Positions 19,085-26,420 of a stretch of DNA of 64,000 nt are shown here, in pieces. Positions within the stretch are counted from its first letter, which is position 1, and each line of letters begins with the position of its first letter. The notes beneath the pieces are model-generated. The model saw only the letters and a list, made by a program, of their open reading frames with translations. It did no database searches and was not told where the DNA came from. Made by a program: the position numbers and the translations under genes. The stretch lies in sequence record NZ_CP043850.1. The stretch is one strand, 5' to 3'. Source of the DNA: a plasmid.

Positions 19085-19582
19085 CTAATCGACGGGCTGG
19101 AATCCAAGTTTCTGGTAGATCCCCATGGCCGCCTCGGAGGTGCCCTCGCCGAAGCGCAGACTCAGGGCGGGGTCGCCGGCGGCGGAGCAGACGTCGACGG
19201 CGTGCTGCACCAGGGCGCGCCCGACCCCCTTCCCGCGCGCGGCGGGATCGGTGAAGAGGTCAATGATGAACGGCCCCGCGAGGTCCGCGTCCCAGATCGA
19301 GTGGGTGACCACCATGATCGCCCCGGCCAGGCGGCCGTCCACCCACGCCGAGGCGCTCGCGTCGGCGCGCAGCTCCCCGTAGTCGCCGCGGAAGGTCGCC
19401 TCCATCTCCTCCCGCGCTTCGGCCAGGTCGGAGGCGGCGACGCCCGGTGGGTAGGCGGCGAGGTAGCACCGGGCCAGGTCATCGGCCGTCCCCGCGTCCA
19501 GTCCTCGGAGCTCGAGGCTTCCAGGGGCGTGGTCAGCGGAGTGGGTCGGCGGCAGGTGAAGGGTCAGCAGGTCAGTAGACAC
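19085..19582 (-). CDS. GNAT-family N-acetyltransferase
   Basis: acetyl-CoA-binding motif RGKGVGRALVQHAV; C-terminal YQKLGF. Confidence 0.75.
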   Translation of the reverse strand: MSTDLLTLHLPPTHSADHAPGSLELRGLDAGTADDLARCYLAAYPPGVAASDLAEAREEMEATFRGDYGELRADASASAWVDGRLAGAIMVVTHSIWDADLAGPFIIDLFTDPAARGKGVGRALVQHAVDVCSAAGDPALSLRFGEGTSEAAMGIYQKLGFQPVD

Positions 19583-19994
19583 AGGGGTTCCTCTCGTGAT
19601 GGTTGGCTACTCACAGTGATGCCGTCACAGAGTGAACATGGTCAGAACGATAACAGCGCACACCTGCTCTCGGAATGAGTCGAGTCGGTCGGAACATGAG
19701 TGACCTATGCATGTCCAAGCAATGCACGCGCTGGCAGTTCGTTTCGGTGGCGGGGATTGGGCCAGCCACAAACAACCGATATGGGCGTTCAGCGAGGGGG
19801 TGAGTCGGTCTCTGCGGATCGGGGGGTCACCGCGGGGAGGTCACAGGGGAGCTTCACGACTGTCCGACTCGCGGCGACGCTTGGTGATCGCAGTCCGAAA
19901 GATGAGCGGCACGATCCCGAGGACGAAAAGACCCCAGCCCACCAGGGCGCGCCATTCCATCTGCGAGTTGGAGAGAACAAGGCTCCCGGCGAGA

Positions 19995-21417
19995 GTTGAG
20001 TCCCGCATAGTGGTGTAGCGCCCGGTGGTCGGGCGTGTCGTCTCAGACGTGGACGCGGCCACCGTGTGATCCGTCGAGTCAACCTTCCACAGAATCCTCG
20101 AATGGAGTCATCACGATGACCGCTCCTCATATTCTCGACCCTGCCGGCCTGCTCGGAGAAGCCCTGTCTGAAGCGTCCCCGGACATGATGCGCCATCTGC
20201 TGCAGACCATGATCAACACCTTGCTGTCCGCGGATGCCGACGCGGTGGTCGGTGCCGAATGGGGCAAGCCCAGCTCCTCGCGCACTGCTCAGCGGAACGG
20301 GTACCGCCACCGGGACCTGGACACCCGGGTCGGCACCCTGGACGTGGCCATCCCCAAGCTCAGATCGGGCACGTACTTCCCGGACTGGCTACTTGAACGC
20401 AGGAAGAGAGCGGAGTCGGCGCTGATCACCGTGGTCGCTGACTGCTACCTCGCCGGGGTCTCGACCCGACGGATGGACAAGCTGGTCAAGACTCTGGGCG
20501 TCAACGCCCTGTCCAAGTCCCAAGTCTCCCGGATGGCCACCGAGCTCGACGAGCAGGTGGAGGCCTTCCGCCACCGGCCGCTCGGGGAGGCGGGACCGTT
20601 CACGTTCGTTGCCGCGGACGCGTTGACGATGAAGGTGCGTGAGGGCGGGCGTGTGGTCAACGCGGTGGTGCTCATCGCCACCGGGGTCAACGGCGACGGC
20701 CACCGCGAAGTGTTGGGCCTGCGGGTGGCCACCAGCGAGACCGGGGCGGCGTGGAACGAGTTCTTCGCCGACCTGGTCGCCCGGGGCCTGGCCGGGGTCC
20801 GGCTGGTCACCTCTGATGCCCACCCCGGGCTCAAGGACGCCATCGCCGCGAACCTGCCCGGTGCGGTGTGGCAACGCTGCCGCACCCACTACGCGGCGAA
20901 CCTGATGGGCATCACCCCGAAGAGCATGTGGCCGGCGGTGAAGGCCATGCTCCACTCGGTCTACGACCAGCCCGATGCCGCCAGCGTCAACGCCCAGTTC
21001 GACCGGCTGCTGGACTACGTGAGCGAGAAACTGCCGGTGGTGGCCGAGCACCTCGATGCTGCCCGGGCCGACATCCTGGCGTTCACCACATTCCCCAAGG
21101 ACGTCTGGACCCAGATCTGGTCGAACAACCCGGCCGAGCGGCTCAACCGCGAGATCCGCCGCCGCACCGACGCGGTGGGCATCTTCCCCAACCGGGCGGC
21201 CATCGTCAGGCTAGTGGGTGCGGTGCTGGCCGAGCAGACCGATGAATGGGCCGAGGGTCGACGCTACCTCGGTCTCGAAGTCCTGGCCCGCTGCCGACTC
21301 ACCACCGTGACCAACACCGGAGACGAGGTGGACCCCGACACCGAACTCAACCTCGGCCTCAGCGCCTGACCCCCATGAAGGATCAGACCGCTACACCATC
21401 ACGAGGGGCTTGACCCC
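19995..21417 (+). mobile_element. IS256-family insertion sequence (right IR 21388..21417; left IR degenerate, only the inner core TGGTGTAGCG recognisable at 20011..20020)
   Basis: transposase gene plus a terminal repeat on the right; left boundary approximate. Confidence 0.65.
20116..21369 (+). CDS. IS256-family (mutator-type) transposase
   Basis: start MTAPHILDPAGLLGE; typical IS256 transposase sequence throughout (..AIPKLRSGTYFPDWLLERRKR.., DDE region). Confidence 0.9.
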   Translation: MTAPHILDPAGLLGEALSEASPDMMRHLLQTMINTLLSADADAVVGAEWGKPSSSRTAQRNGYRHRDLDTRVGTLDVAIPKLRSGTYFPDWLLERRKRAESALITVVADCYLAGVSTRRMDKLVKTLGVNALSKSQVSRMATELDEQVEAFRHRPLGEAGPFTFVAADALTMKVREGGRVVNAVVLIATGVNGDGHREVLGLRVATSETGAAWNEFFADLVARGLAGVRLVTSDAHPGLKDAIAANLPGAVWQRCRTHYAANLMGITPKSMWPAVKAMLHSVYDQPDAASVNAQFDRLLDYVSEKLPVVAEHLDAARADILAFTTFPKDVWTQIWSNNPAERLNREIRRRTDAVGIFPNRAAIVRLVGAVLAEQTDEWAEGRRYLGLEVLARCRLTTVTNTGDEVDPDTELNLGLSA

Positions 21418-21467
21418 GGCGAGCCATAGCGCCATGGTCAGCAAGGTGAGGCCCCAGTAGGTTCGCT

Positions 21468-22790
21468 GTGATTTTCTCATGTCTCCACAGCAGAAGAGTG
21501 GGAGAGGCCATGGGGAAAGGGCCCGGTGGGAGCATGCAGCAGCGACCGATCCGGGCAGAGACGTGGAGACTCCGTTTCGGGGCCAGCATGGTGGGGGATG
21601 GGCCTGGCACCGCGGATCTGGCCCTCGACGAAGCCTGCGGGCCGGGGGAGGATGGGCCGATGAAGGCGAGCGTGCAGGACCTGCTGGCCGGCCCGCGTGG
21701 GCGGCGTCTGTGTCTGGAGGCGACGAGGATGCTCAGCCTCCGGGTTGCCGAGCTGGTGTTCTGGCTGGGCTATGAGCTGGATCCGGGCCGGGGCACCTCC
21801 CTGGTCGTGTGGTCCCCGGGCGGCGGTGCCCTGGAGGCGGGCGCGCGTCCTGCCGTGTCCATCGAGCAGGCGGCGCAAGCGATGGCCGACCTCGACCTCT
21901 CGGGCCTGACGGATGAGGTGGTCCAGGCGGCCCTGGTCGGTACGGTCATGTCGGCCCGGTACTGGCAGGAGCCCGACGGCGAGGATGTGCTCGCCGGGCA
22001 TCCGGCCGTCCAGGCCGCCCTGGAACCGGTGGCCGAGGGCGTGCTGGGCTCGGCAGTGGCCCGGCACTGGGGGAGTCCGCGCGCAGCGGCGCAGTGGGTG
22101 ATCGACTGGCGGGCGTTCGAGGATCCGGCCCCGGTGTCCCGGGATGCTCAAGGGGTCCTGGCGGCCTGGGCTCGGGAAGAACGGCGGCAGGAAGTCCGGG
22201 CTGCCACTGAGCATCCTGCTGATCCGACGGCGAACTTCTCCGGGACCTGGTGGTCCATCCCGCAGGGGGCCGTCGTCAGCGTCGGGCAGATCCCGGCTGG
22301 GTTGGACCTCGTCGAGGACGACATCGGCGCGGAGGCGGCCACGGTGATCCCGGTGCGGGGAGCGGGTCGGACGTATGAGGTCCGTGGCCCCGGTGACTGG
22401 GTCCGGCTGTGTCGGTGGTTCCCGCTGGAGGTCAGTGCCTCGCGTCGGCACGACTGGTACCGGGTGACCGGCCGGTCCGGGCGGTGGGTCATCCCGGACT
22501 GGGAGCAGGTCGCTTCCGAGTGGGACGCGGTGCACCTGACCACCTTGGGCTATCTCGGCGCGGCCACGCGCGCTCTGCCCGTGGACGCGGACATGGCCAC
22601 GGTGCTCGCCGGGTGGAACCCGGACACCACCGTGTGGCTCACCGACACGGTCCGTGAGTCGGAGGAGCCCCGCCAATGTTGGCAGCGCGTATCCGGCGAC
22701 GACGGATGGGCCCGTTGCTTGCCCGTCCGTGATGTCGGCTCGGAGGGCCCCGCGCGGGGACGCGGGGCCAGCCCGCCGGTGGAGGGGTGA
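21468..22790 (+). CDS. hypothetical protein, no recognisable domain; true start may be the internal MGKGPGGSM near 21510
   Basis: long high-GC ORF; translationally coupled to the next ORF. Confidence 0.5.
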   Translation: MIFSCLHSRRVGEAMGKGPGGSMQQRPIRAETWRLRFGASMVGDGPGTADLALDEACGPGEDGPMKASVQDLLAGPRGRRLCLEATRMLSLRVAELVFWLGYELDPGRGTSLVVWSPGGGALEAGARPAVSIEQAAQAMADLDLSGLTDEVVQAALVGTVMSARYWQEPDGEDVLAGHPAVQAALEPVAEGVLGSAVARHWGSPRAAAQWVIDWRAFEDPAPVSRDAQGVLAAWAREERRQEVRAATEHPADPTANFSGTWWSIPQGAVVSVGQIPAGLDLVEDDIGAEAATVIPVRGAGRTYEVRGPGDWVRLCRWFPLEVSASRRHDWYRVTGRSGRWVIPDWEQVASEWDAVHLTTLGYLGAATRALPVDADMATVLAGWNPDTTVWLTDTVRESEEPRQCWQRVSGDDGWARCLPVRDVGSEGPARGRGASPPVEG

Positions 22791-23161
22791 GCAAGCGCGG
22801 GCCTTCTGCGTCGGGCCAGATGCCTTCCACGGAGGCTGTGCTCAGCATCCTTCGGCGTCTGGAGCGGCGTCACTTCAGCCGTGATGTCTATGCGCGGTTG
22901 CTTGACGCCGACGTGACCGGGGAGGTGCTCACGGTGGTGGCCTGGCAGGGGGGTCCTTCCCCGGCGGACCCGGAGCGGGTGATCGCTCACCGCACGGACC
23001 TGCGCCAGCGTCTGACCGAATGCCGTGGCGATCTCGAGGCGGTGCTGATGGATGCGTTGCAGTTCGGTGTGTACGAACCAAGCTCGCCGGGCAGGCCGCC
23101 GGCGGGGGATGAGCCTGCCCGGCTGCTGGAGAAGTATCCCGAGGCCACCTGGTACGAGTGA
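22787..23161 (+). CDS. hypothetical protein (124 aa) coupled to the upstream gene
   Basis: GTGA overlap with the upstream stop; protein-like composition. Confidence 0.45.
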   Translation: MSKRGPSASGQMPSTEAVLSILRRLERRHFSRDVYARLLDADVTGEVLTVVAWQGGPSPADPERVIAHRTDLRQRLTECRGDLEAVLMDALQFGVYEPSSPGRPPAGDEPARLLEKYPEATWYE

Positions 23162-23304
23162 GGAAGCTGGAGCGACGCGCGGCAACATCTGGTCAGCGTC
23201 CAGTCGGGTATACCCCTTTACACACCCCCCGCCGCCACGAGAGGATCACGTCAGAGTGGGTTCATTTTGGACCCGTTGGACATACCTGACGGAGGGTCTT
23301 AGAC

Positions 23305-23883
23305 GTGGTTGGACAGACTGTGGGGTACGTGCGGGTGAGCTCGGCGGAGCAGAACCTGGACCGCCAGCTCGAGGCGGTGGGGGAGTGCGACCGTGTCTTC
23401 CAGGACAAGATCTCCGGCAGCTCCCGCGCCAAGCGCGCCGGGCTGGCGGAGCTGATGCGGTACGTCCGCGAGGGGGATCTGGTGAAGGTCGCCTCCATGG
23501 ACCGGCTGGGCCGGGACACCCGGGACCTGTACGCCATCGTGGACGAACTGACCGACAAGGGGTGCGCGGTGCAGTTCGTGTCCGAGCGGATCACCGTGGA
23601 CAAGTCCGGCACCTCCCCGGTGGACGGGCTCATGCTGGGCATCCTGGCCGCGTTCGCTGAGTTCGAGCGTCGACGGATCAAGGAGCGCCAGGCAGAAGGC
23701 ATCGCCCTGGCCAAGACGAGAGGCAAGTACGTGCAGGCCCCGAAGCTCTCGGACACCGACGTGGAGCAGGCCCGGGTGATGATCGAGATGGGGATCCCGA
23801 AGGCTGAGGTCGCTCGCACCTTCGGGGTCAGCCGGCAAACCCTGTACACCTCCCTCGCTCGCGGAGCAACGATGTTGCCTTGA
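23305..23883 (+). CDS. serine recombinase (resolvase/invertase family)
   Basis: catalytic-serine motif GYVRVSSAEQNLDRQ; C-terminal HTH VARTFGVSRQTLY. Confidence 0.9.
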   Translation: MVGQTVGYVRVSSAEQNLDRQLEAVGECDRVFQDKISGSSRAKRAGLAELMRYVREGDLVKVASMDRLGRDTRDLYAIVDELTDKGCAVQFVSERITVDKSGTSPVDGLMLGILAAFAEFERRRIKERQAEGIALAKTRGKYVQAPKLSDTDVEQARVMIEMGIPKAEVARTFGVSRQTLYTSLARGATMLP

Positions 23884-23884
23884 G

Positions 23885-26080
23885 TGCCCCAAGGGGAGAG
23901 TCAGACCCCTGCTAGTAAGCTTCACGGGTAGGGGTAATGGTGAACCACCAACGGCTCGACTGTAGGGCATTTTTGTGCAGTCCGTGCATTTACCAAATTG
24001 GTTTAGAAAATCCTACGGACCCGCCCGACGCAGATATCTTTATATCGGTCCTCTCCTCCTTTAATCTCCATGCCCCTTGGGTCACGGCAGTCGGCGTGGC
24101 GGCTATGAAATACCCCAGCGCTTTAGCGACACGCTGACGAACATCGAAAGATCAATCAGTCGCCATCTCATTGAGCTTCTGCAGCCAACTCTTCACGTCC
24201 CCCGCAGGGTCTGCTTCTTTTAATCTATCCAATGTCATTTTTTCAAATGCTTCGTCCGCGAGGCGCCTCTTTACGATTTCCTCCTTTATGGGTCTGTGAT
24301 CAGGCGCGTTTTTGGTAGCGTCGCTTACGAGCTTAGGGACGTTGCAGTCGTCTGTAACTTCAACCCGCACCCCCAGCGCTTCGAAAATGGCCTCCGGGTG
24401 TAGATAGTTCTCCATCATCTTCTTTGAAGTGAGTGTTGCAAACGATCCGTCACCGCGATTGTTTACCGCGTCGACGGATTGTTGGTATTTACTAACGTCA
24501 TTGTCATAAAGATGAAACTCGCGGCGTCGTAAATCTTTTAGGTACCGCTTGCTTACCCACTGGCCCAGAGTGCCCCCTCCCTGGGGAACAAATGCAAAAC
24601 GATGGTCTGCCATGAGATCTGGGTACGCTCCGGGATCTTCCTCATGCAACTTTCTAGAGATCTTCTGGAGCGACGTAACGTCATGTGGGCCCTCAACGCA
24701 TATGAGAACTTTAACTCGATTGTCCGGCTGCACACCGAGTTCATCAGCGAGCTCTGCCCACATATCGTCATTTCCTTGTAAGATTGAGGGCTCTTCTGAG
24801 TAAATGTCCTTACGTATATACCGAATACTCTTTGCTGGCAAATGGGAAACGAATCCGGGACTATGGGAAGTGAGGATGACCTGAGTTCCGGGAACTTCGG
24901 CCATGAGCTGGAATGAGTCGAGCAGGATTTTCTGATTACGGGGGTGCTGTGATGTCTCTGGCTCTTCGAGTGCGTAGATTACAGATGATTTATCACTGGA
25001 CTCAAGCATGCGCTGGGCCTCAGCTTTGAAGAAGCTCACCAGGATTAGCCGACGAACTCCAGAGCCACGCTTGTTTATGGCCACCCCATTGGAGCCATGC
25101 AATGCGACAGAGAAGAGACTATGCCAGCGAGGGTCACTCTTAAACTCGGGGACTAACCCTTCGGCGATAGCGGGGTCGATCTCTGAGAGGGCCTCGTGAG
25201 TTCGAGACGCCAAATCCGTCGCCTTGCCTCGAACTGCTTCTACGACCTCCTCCAGGAGCTTCTGGACAGAGTCTTCAGCTAGCGCGGCTGTGATCGCCAT
25301 TTTCATGGGTTCCTGGACTTCGTCATCTGCATCAGTACTTTTGCGATCTGACTGGAACAGGGCAAAGTAAGGCAGATAACCGGTCAATTTGGTGAATATT
25401 TTACCGCCATCTTCTTTACCTAGAGAGATTTCGGATTCTGACAAATTTAGATCTTCGCATCCCCATAGGGCGGCTCTTAGGTCAGGGTTAGAAGCCTTGT
25501 TGACATGGTTGTATTCTGACGGGTCAAGACGAGTTCTGGCCAGTGACTTAAGTGCCGTATTTGTTAGAGAGAGTAGGTTATCTAGCTCCTTATTTATAGG
25601 ATGTTGGCATACTACATACGTCTCTTCTTTCGGCTTGGAGCTGGTGCATACCCACCGCTTTCTGAGCTGAAGGCATCCGTCCTTGTCCAACAGGTGTTCC
25701 TGGGCGAGGCTCGTTTCTGCCTGCGCATCGAGGACTAGGGAAGGGGGAAGCTCGGAAAACTTACATGTAATTTGGAAAAAATTTTCCGATGTGGAGACAT
25801 TTTTATCGGTGATATCCGGTTTTACGACATTTCCTCCAAAGAATATATCTAGAGCCTCTAGTATCGTTGACTTGCCAACGTCGTTACGGCCAACGATTGT
25901 GGTCAGGTCTTCGAAGCTAACCCATTTCTCTTCTCGGTAGCCACGGAAATTTTTTAATGAGACGGCAATGAGCTTCATCGAGGGCCTGAATTCTTTGAAG
26001 GTGGCGGTACTTTGCGTGGGTTGTGTGAGTATAAAAGAACGATGACGGAAGGCCTGTTGAAAAATCACGACACTACATGC
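23885..26080. other. low-GC (~40-45%) island in a ~70% GC background, carrying a single gene
   Basis: base composition read directly, e.g. 24/60 GC at 25381..25440. Confidence 0.8.
24152..25978 (-). CDS. OLD-family / GajA-like ATP-dependent nuclease (N-terminal ABC-type ATPase plus C-terminal Toprim)
   Basis: start MKLIAVSLKNFRGY; Walker A GRNDVGKSTILEAL; D-loop ALEEPETSQHP; H-loop ILTSHSP; Toprim VLICVEGPHD. Confidence 0.7.
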   Translation of the reverse strand: MKLIAVSLKNFRGYREEKWVSFEDLTTIVGRNDVGKSTILEALDIFFGGNVVKPDITDKNVSTSENFFQITCKFSELPPSLVLDAQAETSLAQEHLLDKDGCLQLRKRWVCTSSKPKEETYVVCQHPINKELDNLLSLTNTALKSLARTRLDPSEYNHVNKASNPDLRAALWGCEDLNLSESEISLGKEDGGKIFTKLTGYLPYFALFQSDRKSTDADDEVQEPMKMAITAALAEDSVQKLLEEVVEAVRGKATDLASRTHEALSEIDPAIAEGLVPEFKSDPRWHSLFSVALHGSNGVAINKRGSGVRRLILVSFFKAEAQRMLESSDKSSVIYALEEPETSQHPRNQKILLDSFQLMAEVPGTQVILTSHSPGFVSHLPAKSIRYIRKDIYSEEPSILQGNDDMWAELADELGVQPDNRVKVLICVEGPHDVTSLQKISRKLHEEDPGAYPDLMADHRFAFVPQGGGTLGQWVSKRYLKDLRRREFHLYDNDVSKYQQSVDAVNNRGDGSFATLTSKKMMENYLHPEAIFEALGVRVEVTDDCNVPKLVSDATKNAPDHRPIKEEIVKRRLADEAFEKMTLDRLKEADPAGDVKSWLQKLNEMATD

Positions 26081-26420
26081 GCGACGATCAAGACCATCTG
26101 GTATGGGCCATCGTGCCAGGCGCCCTGAGTAGAGGCAAGACTTTGGTGAGGGGAGTTCTGAGAGCGGGTGCTGTTCCTTCAGATCGAGTGGCGACAGCGG
26201 CGACGCTCGTGTAGGTCGAGGCCCACCTGAAGGGCCTGCATAACTGGCCGGGGCGAGTATCTGAGGATGCCGTCGCCTGCTTGCCCCGGGTAAGAGCGTC
26301 AGAGGGCAGCGGCAACTCGAAGAGGGGACGCTGTAAAAAAATGCACTTCAGAAGAGGAGCGCATTTGACCCGTGCGGGCACAACTCGAGCACCAACCTGC
26401 TCCTGCTACTCCCATGGGTG

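Noticed and set aside
19789-20310. Minus-strand ORF (173 aa) overlapping the 5' part of the IS256 transposase gene
   Set aside because: Antisense artefact inside a well-supported transposase gene.
26088-26381. 97-aa minus-strand ORF in the spacer between the MmeI-like and OLD-like genes
   Set aside because: No RBS or motif. It lies in the GC-transition and promoter region and is more likely non-coding.
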